This document shows positions 12,403 to 25,601 of a DNA stretch of 64,000 nt, in pieces (the stretch's first letter is position 1; each line of letters starts with the position of its first letter). The position numbers were made by a program, and so were the translations under genes. The notes under the pieces were generated by a model. It was not told the origin of the DNA, did no database searches, and was given only the letters and a program-made list of their open reading frames with translations. The stretch covers positions 186,001 through 250,000 of the forward strand of contig CBFFRP010000352.1 of assembly GCA_965644295.1 (NCBI GenBank), written 5' to 3'. The stretch is from Paraphysomonas bandaiensis. Its lineage: Eukaryota > Protista > Chrysophyceae.

Positions 12403-15400
12403 TCAGTTTCTTTTGTTGGTACTGTCACCAAGAACCATTTTTTCTCCACTGGCAACAGCAGCCTCACTCGTGAACTTGGTATTCACCCGTTGGACATTCT
12501 CTCTGTCATTTTTCCCTGCCACCGCTGCACTGAAACTGTGGGGATTGATGGTAACACTCTTTGTCATATCATGTGTTTTGTAAATTCCAACAAGGCGATT
12601 CGCGAGCTCGAACATATTGTTTCTACAATTGGAATTACAGTTGCTTCAACACTACTTATGAAACATACCTTAAAGATATGATGACAAATTGTGCATTCTT
12701 CGTCCTGTCCTTAATATAGTTGGCGACAATAGAAACATTCTTGAAGTCCTATGAACGGATGTCGTTAGACACATCTATATGTAGTATATAAGATCACACC
12801 AGTGCGGCATCAATCTCGTCCATAACATAGAGTGGAGTGGGTTTGAAGTGGTGGAGAGCAAAAACTAATGCAAGAGAAGATAGGGTTTTCTCTCCACCAG
12901 ATAAGTTGGATATATTTTTCCAGCTCTTCTTCGGGGGACGTACAGAAAATACAATTCCCTCTGCACAGTGTGGTAACATAATCACACCTAACGTACATAT
13001 AATATGATACTTACCGGAAAAGGGATCAAGTGAATCTACCAGCTCGAGTTCGGCATCTCCACCTGCAGTGGTATTATTTACAAAGTTAACTCCATTACAT
13101 ACTCAGCTGCGCTGCAAAAACTCCAGTGCACTACTTACCTAACGTAATCATTTGGTACATCTCTTTTAACTTCAGGGTTATCGTTCCGAAACCAGACATG
13201 AACTCTTCAAGCCTCTTTCTGCGTAGATCTTCGTATTCTTTCCTAGCAGCATTTCGCTGAGACGTTACCTCCTCCAATTCTCCCAATCGACTCCTGAACT
13301 CATCATCTTTCCTTCGGTATTCAGATAGTGCCGTCAGGTTAACTGACCCTCTTAGTCGATCTCTATCCGCCTCCATAAGGTTAATCTCGCGCTTCAGCAC
13401 TTCAATACCATATTTGCGAGTACTCTTTTCTGTTCGCTCCTCATCTTCATCGACATCCTGGCGATCGCGTCCCTTCTTGCTTGTTCTTGCTGCCAACGAA
13501 ATCATCTTATCCAGTTCCTCCGTACTCAAATCGACCAGAGGCTTTACGATCAAACTCCCATGTGAAGTCTCATCACCCTCCACCTCCATATTCCCTTCTT
13601 TACACTCTTCTGCGCCACCATCACTAGCAGTGGTAAAAAGAGCGCCATACTCCCGTGCGTCATCTGCGTGATGTTTGCGAACCTTGTCCAACTCTTTCTG
13701 CCAAGCTGCTCGTCGGGACTCATTCTCCTTCAGAAGCTGACAAAATGAAGTTATTACGTATTATACTGACACCTTAACGGAATACCTTAGTACAGTTGTC
13801 CACATTCGACCTGAGGTCCACCTCCACCTCGCGAACAGTTCTCACCACATCTACGAACGATGGTAAGATGTTTGAAGATAACAATTAATTCCCATTCGTA
13901 CCTTCTGAAGCTTTGTACTTGTCCGATATTTCTTTCAATTCTTTTTCTTTTGCGGTAGCTGCTGCTTTGGCGTTTTCTTGAGCCAGTAAGACAGCTTCTG
14001 CTTCAACTTCCATTTGTCTCTGTTCCTCCTCCAGAGCGGTCCATTTCTCTTTGCTCTTTTCTAATTCTGCCTCGGCTTTAGATCTGGAAGCCATCGCTTT
14101 GTCTCCCTGCTTTGTGGCAGTGCTAAGAGCAACCTCTTTCGCAGAAATACTGCTATTACACGCATCAAATTCACTGCTTGCTTGGTCCACCTGCACAACA
14201 GAGAAACAGTAAATTGTGGTAGCCGTGAAGCAATATATAAAATGCACCTTGCTTTGAGCCCGCTTTAATTTAGGTCCCCCGATCTCTCTGATTTGATTCT
14301 GGATTGCTTTAACCTAGGGTTCCAGCACAGTAAACTGATTTCCACCTGTACACATAAATTACACCCACCTGGTCCTGAAGATTAACTCTGTCTGGGCTGA
14401 GACTTTTCATGCGTGCATCGATATCACACAGACGAGCTTCCAAAGATTGCATTTCCTGTACTTCCTCTTTCGAGAGTTTACACGCCGCGCGCAACGCTGG
14501 AAGACGAGCTGAGATATCTTCCCTTTCAGAGGCCACACGAGTCACTTGCATGTCACCTTTCTCCAACTGAAGATACCATTACATGCTATGCAAGCGCGCA
14601 ATAACGTTTACCTCTACTTGTATCTTCTTTAACGCCTGCTGGGTCTCCTTAAGCTCCTTCTCGGTATCTGAGAGTTCCGACCGAGACGCAGCAAGGGCAG
14701 CCTGTTTTCTAGAGATCTCCTCCTCAAGGGCATCTATTTGCTGTTGGCTGACATCCCCGTTAGTGTCCGCCGCACAATGTGCTTTCATACCGCCAGATTT
14801 CGCAACTTTTCCACCACCAGTCATTGCACCACTAGTATCAATCAGATTCCCATCTGTAGTGACAACTCTCCATTTGACCCTATCACCTTCATACGCAACG
14901 CGAGTTGCAAGATCCCAGTTATCTGTTACCAGTGTATCTTTGAGGCCCATATAGAAGGCATTTCGGTATATATGATCTTTGGGCGTGATCAAATCAAACA
15001 ACCGCTTCATACCGGCAGGTATAGCAGGACATGCGTCGATTTTAGCCGCATAGTGGCCAATCTGCTCCAGTACAATGAACGACGCACGCCCATTGTTAGA
15101 CTCCCTAGAGTGCAGGACAATGACTTCCAAGCAACGATAATACAGCAGAAACACATGAATCGAATTACCTGAGGTACGATATACAGGCGTTCGCTGAATC
15201 TGCATTGTCAACGACAATATAGTCAAGACAACCACAGGCTGTACTAATCGCAACGTCATATTCAGGTGCAATGCTACCAAGATCTCCAAGCCTCCCCCTC
15301 ACGCCTCTTCCGGCCAAAGCCCCACCGGGGCAAGTTTGTTTCATAATAGATTGTACCTGAGCGCGACTCCCCCCTCCATTGGAGGATTGTTGTGCTTGTC

Positions 15401-17153
15401 TGGACGCCTTAGCCTCTTCACATGCAGATATTGCTGTTCGGACACTGCCTTGTAGCTCGGTTTGCTGTTCTTTGAGTCGATCGATGGCGGAAGTGAGGGC
15501 TGCAAGACGGGCTTGTAGTGCAGCTTTTCGGTCCACTGCTGCCTGACGAGATGCAACAATTTGCTGCTCCTCTATCTCAAGTGCGCTGAGTCGTGCCTCA
15601 GCGGCAGCCACTGATTTGTGAGCAGCCTGAGACCGGGACTGGAGTATCTCAACTGAGGTCTCAACACTTTCTTTCTCTGTCTGCAAAGTAGCTACAGAAC
15701 GGTCTGCCTCTGTCAGACGTGATTGAACCTATAAAGCAACAATTACACAAAGAAACTCATAGAAAATGTATCGTATCTCTTATACCTCCTCAAGATCAGT
15801 TCGCAGAGAGGCTGTGGACTCCTGAAGTGAACTCATGACATCATCTAGATGTTTCTCCGCCGCCATTTTGCGAGCTTCCACTTCCGCCATACCAGTGCGC
15901 ATACTATCCAGTTCACTTTGTATCTTAGCTACCTCCTTGGAACACTCCTCTTCCTTTGCACTCTCTTTCTTGATAGTTGTCTGTACATCGTAAATAGTTA
16001 CAATGCTTTACTATACTAGAGTTAGCCCGTCAGGATCATGTGCGTACCGTGAGCTTCTGAATCTGAGTCTTCAGAAACTTCATGTCCTCTATCATCTTTG
16101 TGTCCCGACGTTCATATGCCGTGAATTCCTATATTGACACCGCCGTTAGTAGTGCAAGCAATACTAATGATATCTGAAACTAAAACTTACATCTGCGGTC
16201 TGCTGCATTTCGGCGGTGAGTCTGTCGTATTCCGCATTGATACGTGAATATTCCGTCTGCATCACCTTCAGCTCCTTTTCTGTATCCTTGAGCTTATTGC
16301 GCTCGTACACGAGTTTTTCTTGGTAGCCTTCCAACTTCTCAGTGAGGCCCTCAATGTTGGCGGCGCACTCCGAAGTGTAGATTTGATACAACACGTTATG
16401 CTTGTGTCGAACACCAGCCTCCTTTTCGAGGTATTCGGAAGCCTCGGTACGAGGACCTTCAAGGTTGTCTCTGTCCGCCTGAGATATTTGAAGTCGCTTC
16501 ACACGTTCCAATCGAACTTCATTCAATTCCTCTACAGTTTTCCCCGCAGCTTCTATCTGAGGCACATATCGATTAGAACCAATTATATCCTCCAGATATT
16601 CCAGAAATCCGTCTTCATGAGGAGTAAGAGCTTTAGGCTTCATCATTGAGATCTGCTCTACTTCACCTTGAAGTATGAGAAATCTGTTGTTATCAAGATC
16701 AATGTCATGCTGACGAAGTAGTTGACCGACTTCGGTGTAGGTACTATTCTTGCCATCAACCGAGTACTTGGACTGATTATTCTTAAACGCCGTACGTGAA
16801 ACCACAAATTCACTACCAGGAACAACCTCGTATTCATCCTCCGATGACTCATCATCATGAATTAACTGAAAATACACCGCAACCTTAGCATATTCCAAAT
16901 TCGGGAATCGTGACGACTTGTGTATTAATTCAGATACTTTATTCAATCTCAACTGTTTGGCACGCTTGCCAAATACGAATAGCAGTGCATCAATGACATT
17001 GGATTTCCCACTTCCATTTGGGCCCACAATGCTAGAGAATCTCTTGTGAAATGGGCCAATCTCTTGTTCCCCAGCATATGATTTGAAATTCTCCAGCACC
17101 ATTCTCGTAATCATTAACCGAGTGGTGCATGTTGATTGACCGCCCGGGTCCAT
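12403..17153 (-). CDS. SMC4: Condensin subunit SMC4 (multi-exon)
   Basis: N-terminal LENFKSYAG...GPFHKRFSSIVGPNGSGKSN (Walker A), NNRFLILQGEVEQI, hinge GRLGDLG...YDVAISTAC, signature LSGGEKTLSSLAL and Walker B DEIDAALD. About 12 GT-AG introns join the fragments. Confidence 0.98.
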
Positions 17154-17652
17154 CTTTACCAGTACCTGATTAATGAAATAACAAAGCAATGAGGACTAGC
17201 TAATATACGATAGCTGTCTCCTTATATAGTATTCACTATTCAGGCTTGTAGTTGTTTTATAGGGAGTTTAAACACACTGATAATATCCACAGCTCACTGC
17301 ACAGTATTATATATATGCGTATTTTCCCTCTCATAATTTGAATTTTCGTGATGATGACTTCGAAGTTTACAAAGTGAATCAGTTGGTGTTTTTTATTCCA
17401 ACGGCCAAATACTAACCATCACCAGCAGCAGATCAGTATAGGACAAAATACAGATGGTATATATCCCGTATATGGGATCTACGAAGAGACCAGGATCCTA
17501 TCCATATGCGCTGCATGTGCAGGAGTATATATACACAAGAACGGTGTGATGTGCTATAGAATAGTTTAATACCAAAGTGGGAGTCGTTGTTGAATAGGAA
17601 TCTCAGCGAATCGAATAATTAATTTGTTATCAACTATCTGTTCATTACAAGG

Positions 17653-18209
17653 ATGATTCGAAGAAAGCTTCAAGAGAAATTTGGAGACAAGAATAAAGAG
17701 GACACGCAAGACACTCCTGAAAACGAAGACTCCACTGACGATGACCAAGACGAAGAAAGCGAAAGAAAGCTGATTAAAATTTTATCTTTCATACGGAATG
17801 AGTTTATATCTCGTGGCTATGAAGGCTCTGTGTCAGTGGCACGATCTGGTCTAATCTTCGGTAGAAGTTATGAGGTGGAAGTGTCTGAAGGAGATGAACT
17901 AGTATGTTAATCCACTTACTATATCCCTATCTATTGGTTACTATATATGAACAGGTCAGTGACGCTTCTTTGGATCTGAATGAAACCATTATGGCTCCTA
18001 TTCGTGCATCCGTGAGGAACTTGTTTAATTCGCTGGCTAAGAAAGCCAAGTCATGGCAGAGAGTTCCGTTTGCGGACAACACGACTGTCTCCCTGTCACG
18101 GAGTGTGACAATATTGATATTCACTCTCGAAATGGAGGTCTCAGCCTCAGTTTCTTCCATACTGGCTGCGGCAGAGAAGAATAACGAGCTCCCTGACCCA
18201 CCTAAATAA
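17653..18209 (+). CDS. Hypothetical protein (~170 aa, 2 exons)
   Basis: ORFs at 17653 and 17904 join in frame across a GT-AG intron near 17902-17954 (DEL|VSDAS). Acidic N-terminus, no recognised family. Confidence 0.7.
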
Positions 18210-19485
18210 ATGAATGCACTTCTAGTTTTAACATGTAGAGGACTATTCAAATAATAAGTTAGTAGATACCACGGAGAAATTCTTTGACTGGTTACTATTG
18301 TGGTTAATCTATATAATTTTATAAACGCGTTGCCTGTAAACTATTGATTCACTTATCTTTTCTATTCTATAGAAACAGGAAAACTCTGCAAACAAGTTCC
18401 AAGGCAGCTACTTAAACAGTGTATAGTAGGAACAGCTTAGTTTTGTTGTTTAAGCAGAGATATGAATATTGGAACTAACATTCATATAGTAGAGCAAACC
18501 TAAGAAGCCCCATGATCCAGAGTATGATATCGGTTCATAGGACTCGATTCAGTACCGCAATAATTTTCGTAAACTTGGAAGTTTGCAACGCATACATACA
18601 TTATACATTCCAATTGTTATTGTTTTCTTACATGTCATAACATTGTTCAGAGGTATAAGTGATCACAAGACGGTTTTAGTGTATTTTACACAAGCAATGC
18701 GAATGGCACTGGTTCAAACAATAGGTCAAGTTCATGTCAAAAGTCTCAGAATAAAGATTAAAATACTATTAACACTAGACAGTTGAGGTACACCATAGTT
18801 TGACTGACAACTATTTAAAAACTTTTAAATCAGACTAACTGGATTCAATTGCGGTATTATTCAATCATTAATGTTCATTGAAAGTATACTAATTAAAGCC
18901 ATTTATAGTGAACTCGCTGTACTGTCTGTCGAAATTCTTAACAATCAAACATTTTCAGTTGTCTCGTCTACTTGTTGGTCCCTCCAATGACTTGTTGGAA
19001 AAGGGAAAATATAGATACCCTGTCTAACTAGATGACAGTATGTTCGTGTACGACCATATTCTGGAAACTATTTAGCAGTCATGTCTCTCCAGATACGAAT
19101 GTGCACATGGATTCGACGAAGTAGCATCATGTCATCCAAGGAATCTTGCAGAGGGCAGCAAAGCCAACTTGCTCATTTCATAGACAATTATAGCCCAAGC
19201 AATCGGAAACACACACGCATGATGTCTACATGATCTACGTTAGGGTACTGTATCCTATGTTTTGGTTACCCATGTAAAAGATATGCACTGCAACAGTGGC
19301 ATCATATCGCTTTATTGTGTGTATTCTTTGCACGTATACTGAGAGTACAGAAAATACGAGGCAAGCTGAGAAAATTCGTGCATCAGTGACATCAGATGAC
19401 ACACCAGTGCAGGACTACCACGCCATAGGAATACAATATACAACGAAATACATAAGCCCATATCTTATCACCTCCATTGGATACT

Positions 19486-20978
19486 ATGTCTACGCTACTC
19501 TCCTGTTATCTAAGCTGTGATGATCAGGATACCTTTCCCATATTCTTCTCGCGTAGGTTGCAAGAGTATGATCCGCTGTTCTATGCAGCGCAAGTAGAAG
19601 CGCAAGTAATGGGGGAGTTCACAGCTATCACTGCAGTGTGCGAAATATGCTTCGACAATTTTAGAATTGACGCCATTTGGAACAAATGTAACTCATATGA
19701 GACAAACGACTCAAGAAGAGGTGTGTGTGGTGAATGCATGAGGTCGTATCTGTCTTCAAAGATTCATGATGGCGAAGTATCCGGTGATGGCGAAATTCAA
19801 TGCCCTTGCTCAGATTTTCACTGCACAACAAAGCTACCAGAAGGAGATATCAGGACATACCTTGGTGATTGTCCTGATCTACTTAAGAAGTATAAACAGT
19901 TTACACTCAACGCTGCAATTGATAAAGATCCAAACCGGGTCTGGTGTCCCAGTGCTGGATGTGGTGCCATTGTACGTGTACCCAGTGGAAAAAGTAAGGC
20001 ACACTGTGCGAAATGTGGATTACACTTTTGTACAAAATGCATGCAATCACATAGTGTGTTATTGACGTGCGGGCTGGTGAGTCTATTTGTGCAGGTGAGA
20101 TTTTGAAATGATGTGGTGCGTTACAGGCTAGTGATTCTCACTTTCGGCGATGGAAAGGCACAACTCCGCAAGGATGCAAACGCTGCCCTAGGTGCCATAT
20201 TTATATTGAAAAAAATATGGGTTGCAGTCATATGCTTTGCAGCAAATGCAGACATGAGTTTTGTTGGGGTTGTATGTGGCCTTATACGAGTAAGTGTTCT
20301 GCCCCTGTTGGCGTTTGTGAGTTGTCTCAATTGATGGAGTCAAAAGTATGGGGGAAATCTACACCTTCTAGGGTAATTACCAAGTGTGTAGGAATACCAA
20401 TCATGGCTGGTGTATCTGGAGCGGCTCTGGGTATTGCCGGAGGCTTGTGTATTACAGCGGCAGGGGCTACAGTAGGAATTGGCCTAGCTACGTCTCCTGT
20501 GCTAGCATCCATATATCTATATCACAACCCTCCAGAATATATACGAAAGTATTTACCTGCTCCGAATTACACTGATTTGGACAATGCATCAATGCTGCAA
20601 AGGGGAGTTCGCTTGAATGCGCCCTGGCAGCATGACGACCCCACATATGCACAGTGTATATCTGATAGCAGTAATGATAGGTTTATAGGCTTCAACGGTC
20701 GTTGGCAAAATTCGATATTTGTAGCATATATAAATCCAGGGATGGTAGAGGGGTTTTATGCACCTGTATCCTACGTGGTCTATATTGTGCCGCAGGGTGC
20801 GAGTCGTGTAGATGTTGAAGCACTTTCCTTGCATGAGTACGAGATGCTTGAAGTATCTCTTCCTTCACAAGCACAACCCCAGAAAACACTTCTCGATGAA
20901 TCTATCCTAGTAGAATTGGGGCAGCAATTATCTCAAGAAGTTCGGAGCCGAAGAACATTCGTATATACGTCGTCGTAA
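19486..20978 (+). CDS. RBR (RING1-IBR-RING2) E3 ubiquitin ligase, RNF144/RNF19/Ariadne-like
   Basis: RING1 CEIC...CGEC...[18 protein letters not shown]...CAKC...FCTKC...H, and RING2 CPRC...[23 protein letters not shown] with the catalytic Cys. A Gly-rich hydrophobic segment follows RING2. Intron near 20077-20127. Confidence 0.95.
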
Positions 20979-21129
20979 GTCTTTTTGAGAGTGGGTCGTT
21001 GCTTTGAATGCTTGCTTTTCATATCTATAGCAATATAGCCAAGATGGTCTAGTATTATCCGATAATCTTTTATTTTTAATCTCAGACTTTTACACAATAC
21101 GTATGAATAACATCGGTAGGGTTTCCGGC

Positions 21130-21930
21130 TAGTACCTATAGGTAGCTTCCTATAGGAAGGGTAGTAGGTTACTAGTTGGTAAATCTCGGCTCATGGTTCC
21201 TATTTCCTATTAGGATACTGTATAGTGCTTAGTGCATATAGGTACATTTTAGCTATATATAGGTGGCATCTATAGCCTATAGGTTTTTAAGTAGGACCAT
21301 ATAGAAGATGAAAGACCAACTATTGGGGACCACATTCTTGGTGCCAAATTATCTCTTAGGAGCCCCTATTTAGATAGCTAACACGTACCTATAGGTAGTA
21401 AACAAAAGTTTCCAATAGGTACCTATTTGTTGAGTTTTGCTGTTTGTGACTGTGTTAGACGAAGAATATATTTATGGTTAACAGTATTATGCCAGTGAGA
21501 ACTACCAACATGATAGCTACATAGCTACTATATATTAAACATGAAACTGAATGTAATATATTGATCATACAAGATAGTGACGATGTAAGATCGTACGATA
21601 AATGATTGGTCGTAGAGATATCATGAAATTGATGAATGAGAAGAGATATTGATTATAATAATTAAGACAAGATTAATGAGTGAATGCACGTTCAGTTAAC
21701 TTAGTAAATCATCCTATTGTGTCATAACTTGACACTTTTGGCTATAGGTAATATGTTCTAGCATCTACAGGTAGACCCCAAAGGCTGAATGTGCGATTTT
21801 ATAATACAAATAAGTGGAGAGTGATAGGCACCAACTATAGGTAGTGTTGATAGGAATACATATAGGTTGGGGCCTAATTGGAATGCACTATGTACGAAGT
21901 CCCTATAGGTAGGTCACACTACCTATAAAG
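21130..21930. repeat. Bipartite array of CCTATAGG palindromes, probably a decayed non-autonomous DNA element
   Basis: Perfect CCTATAGG at 21135, 21149, 21276, 21388 and 21902, plus about 8 variants, in two clusters around a different spacer. Confidence 0.7.
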
Positions 21931-22354
21931 ACCTAATATGGCCCATCGTTGAAGAACATACAATTTTATTTATGTAAAAATATATCACCGTAAAACAGCA
22001 TATATACACAAATACAAGCAATCTTATGATCATCCGCTTCGGCGATAAAGATAAAACACAACAGCAGGTAATCCGCGCGTGGATAGTAAACCAAGTCACT
22101 TAAATAGTAACACGAAATCTCAATCTTCAACGAAAGACTTTATATTGCTAGGAGTCTACTGTTTCAGTAGTAGAACATATTCCAAGCAATATAGTTTTGC
22201 ATTGCTTTACAACGGTTATCAACCAACATCGTGGTACTCGCATAGTTACGTAAGAGAATGTATATAGTATCACATCGTCCTATATGGCAGAAATAATATC
22301 CCGCTTCGTTGTCTTCAATCATTAATTTGCAGCGTAAAATTTTATAGATATCGG

Positions 22355-23710
22355 TCACAGTGATTCAATGACTGTACAATGAGCGCCAACACGTTTAGAT
22401 GACGGAGGTACGTCACCAGATTCGAGACGATTGGTACCCAAATTTATAAAAAAAGCTTCCGATTTAATTTTTTTTTTCGGTGGCGACTGCTTCATAGATA
22501 GCTGCTTTGTTCGACCAGGCGGTGACTTTTCTTGACATTTATCGTCAATGGCTGCCTTTGTCATGTGCACTTGTGCGTGAGAAGTGCATCCAGAAGAACT
22601 TACACGATTGGGATGGCAAGTAGAGCCCCTAAGAAAATTCGCATGTTGGTCACTAGGAAAGTCAGAATTGGGTGATGAACGTCGCCGTAGTCTGCTTGAT
22701 ACATGTGCTTTCCTTTCAACATCTCCGACGCAATCTTCAGGTTTTCTGATTACCACACTTTCGCATATATCAGCATCAAAAGAAGAATTTGACATGTGCA
22801 TTGCTGCATTGACACCATTACCGCTCTCTCCAGAAACACTCTCTCCAGTACCGATCTCTCCAGAAACACTTTCTCCAGTACCGCTCTCTCCAGAAACACT
22901 CTCTTCAGTGCAGCTCTGTCCAGAACCACTCTCTCCAGTGCCGCTCTCTCCAGTGTCACTACCACAGCAGTCATCCCCAGAGATATGTGCACTACTGTTG
23001 GAAGGAGTTGAATATGTCGCTGAAGAGCTAGCCATAATAATGTTTTCCTCAGCATTTGTCTCGGCTGGAAACATATCATGCAGTATGCCATAATGCGCTG
23101 CTTCAATCCTTAATTCGACAATTATTTCAAAATTCAAATGACACTTGTATTCAAAAAACGATTCTGGTGATCGTAAAAAATTCAATATATGTCGAAAGTG
23201 TGTACCATCTCTGTCAATAAAATAGCATCCATCGTCATCTTGAATTATTTCAGATGTTCCAGAAAAGGCTCTTCCGAAAAAAGAGTGCTCACATCGCCTC
23301 AATGTTGCAAGAGTTGTCATGAACCGCACTCCTCCCACATTTAATTTAATGTTAGAGTTGATTTGAGGAAAGTTAGATTTTAGTGCCAGGTGTTCGTCTG
23401 GATAGACATCGGAAGCTGTTGCGTCACTAGCTTCAGTCCGAGAAGCTTTGGACTGAATGCCCGCGAGTGTATTTCCCAGGCCTTCAACATCCTTTGATTT
23501 CATCTTCTTTATAGCAGATGACAAATTCATCCACTTTTCATGGTATGCGTCATCTAATTCTGTGGACGTCTTAATCATATCTTTGGCGGCGGCCAGAAGG
23601 TTTGTTAATGCTTCTTTCTGTTTCTCGCATAGATTTGACACATGGTCTGACGTAGTCAAAGCAAATTGTTCAATATTATCAATGGCGTTCCGTTCCTTAT
23701 CACAGTTCAT
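22355..23710 (-). CDS. BTB/POZ (KCTD / T1-type) domain protein, apparently intronless
   Basis: IKLNVGGVRFMTTLATL...YFIDRDGTHFRHILNFLR...EAAHYGI, with an N-terminal coiled coil and a disordered C-terminus. Confidence 0.92.
   Translation of the reverse strand: MNCDKERNAIDNIEQFALTTSDHVSNLCEKQKEALTNLLAAAKDMIKTSTELDDAYHEKWMNLSSAIKKMKSKDVEGLGNTLAGIQSKASRTEASDATASDVYPDEHLALKSNFPQINSNIKLNVGGVRFMTTLATLRRCEHSFFGRAFSGTSEIIQDDDGCYFIDRDGTHFRHILNFLRSPESFFEYKCHLNFEIIVELRIEAAHYGILHDMFPAETNAEENIIMASSSATYSTPSNSSAHISGDDCCGSDTGESGTGESGSGQSCTEESVSGESGTGESVSGEIGTGESVSGESGNGVNAAMHMSNSSFDADICESVVIRKPEDCVGDVERKAHVSSRLRRRSSPNSDFPSDQHANFLRGSTCHPNRVSSSGCTSHAQVHMTKAAIDDKCQEKSPPGRTKQLSMKQSPPKKKIKSEAFFINLGTNRLESGDVPPSSKRVGAHCTVIESL
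22821..22955 (-). repeat. Coding minisatellite with 15/30-nt period (ESVSGESGTG)
   Basis: CCGCTCTCTCCAGAAACACTCTCTCCAGTA-type unit repeated about 4.5 times inside the BTB gene. Confidence 0.9.
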
Positions 23711-24141
23711 ATATGTATGTATATATATCTCAGCAGCGTTACATTAGTGTCTTATACATAAGCTCGTAGCGACTATTCGTCTGATAACAGCTCACTAGTG
23801 GAACAAGTATACTTGAGTTACTCAGCGACACTGTGTTCCAAGTAGATATACATGTCATTCTCACTCATTGTGTCGTTCTTAAAGAAAATCTTCCCAACAG
23901 AGCGCAACAGTGAGAGTGGGCGTGTCTGCCACCGTGTTATCGTGTTATGATGTGCGAGGAACGTGTCTGATATCTGTAGGTGGAATCCTACACACACAGT
24001 ATTTTACGGTATTTATACATCGTATGACCAGCACCAGCACCAGCACATGAATACCGAATACGAGAGCAACGAGAGGCATCACACTATTAGCTGTGCTGTC
24101 TCTTACTTGTGTACAGAGTTAACACAAGCTGACACGAGAAC

Positions 24142-24830
24142 ATGCTGCTTATTCTACCTTTTATCTTATCGTTGGCTACTGGCGACGCTTGGCAACACGA
24201 CGCACTACACATTCACCCCCATACGAATTATGAACGCGACATCAAGATGGTGCAGCTCAATATGGCTATCCCCGTCAACAACCCTTCGGTAGTATCCATG
24301 TCAGAAGGCTCGTATGTAACAACAGTATATACGACACCGAATTGTGCTGCCAATTCGACGTATACGGCGACTGGAACGTCGCTTGGATCGTGTATCAGTG
24401 TTGACAGTGACACCAGCTATATGTATTCCGATTGCTCAACATCTGGAAGCAAAGTCACAGTCACCATGACTACCTGCACTTCTTCGGATTGTTCTTCAGG
24501 GTGTCAGTCATTTAAACTACCACAGGAATCGAATTGCCAAACGATGTCAACCATAACATGCACATCTGCAGATGATCCCTGGAAAGAAGGCGGATTTAAT
24601 TTCCATTCCGAGTAAGTATCACAAATGCCCCACTATGTCGAGTGTGTATGTTATAAACTATATATTCTTGTAGAATGCACTGGGGGGCAGATGACTGTGG
24701 TGGGAAATACGATATGTGGACAGGAATTCATGCGGACTGCGATGATCTTGACTGTGACACTTACGAAGGTGATAACGGCTCCAAGTACTCCCTGGAGGGC
24801 TTTTGCGAAGATAATGACGACAACAATTAA
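24142..24830 (+). CDS. Secreted Cys/Ser/Thr-rich protein of unknown function (2 exons)
   Basis: Signal-peptide-like MLLILPFILSLATG and paired cysteines. A GT-AG intron near 24611-24673 leads to an acidic Cys-containing last exon ending in TAA at 24830. Confidence 0.8.
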
Positions 24831-25601
24831 AGTTGTTTTGCCATTTGGTATGGAACATGTGTGGGATTGTCAACATAGGCATTGCTTTGAAGTGTATGCA
24901 GATTACGTATAATTTTGCCTTACTCTAATCGATATAGAAGCCATGCTCTCAGTGTGTAATTCTTCAAGACATAAATCTATATATTGGAGCAGTGCACATG
25001 CGTGCAAAATATCTTTGTATAATCGTCAATGTATTACGAACGCTTATATCATTCGCCCATTCACAAACATCTCTACAGTGATTAGAGAAAGACAGTAGAC
25101 CGCACCTCCAGCCACTGCAATGCCTGTATGCTTGTGTGTTGCTACTTAATGTTGTGAAGTGGCTACTTCTCTTGTATACGTATGCATGAAAAGAGTTAGT
25201 AATACACTTAGCATCAGAATAGTATTATGATTATTTTAATTTTCGCATGAACAAGGAATTAGTTGGATAAAATATAAAATATACGAGAATTGTAATTTGG
25301 GATCAGAATCGAAAAGCTACGCCATTTATTGCTGTTGACATCGTTTGGCAATTCGATTCCTGTGGTTTTCGGAAACAAGTGTGTACACCAACAACAGGAA
25401 ATACTCTTTGCAAGTATTGCAATGTCACCTCATGCCTCATGGTTATCAATATAGATATTACTTAATTAACAGAAGTGTCTGCTGAGAAACACAGCTGTGT
25501 TCCTATCTAAATACAACAAAAGCTACGATTTCTAGAGAGAATTCTAGTGTACTACATCCTAACAGTGATGAGGACACAGAGAGCAGGGCACTGCCCAGCA
25601 C

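Noticed and set aside
19000-19190. V*LDDSMF reading that resembles a reverse-transcriptase YxDD motif
   Set aside because: It requires reverting a stop codon and no other RT motifs are recognisable. It may be TE debris but is unsupported.
21130-21930. CRISPR-like repeat-spacer array
   Set aside because: The repeats are only 8-11 bp with irregular spacing, the context is eukaryotic, and there are no cas genes.
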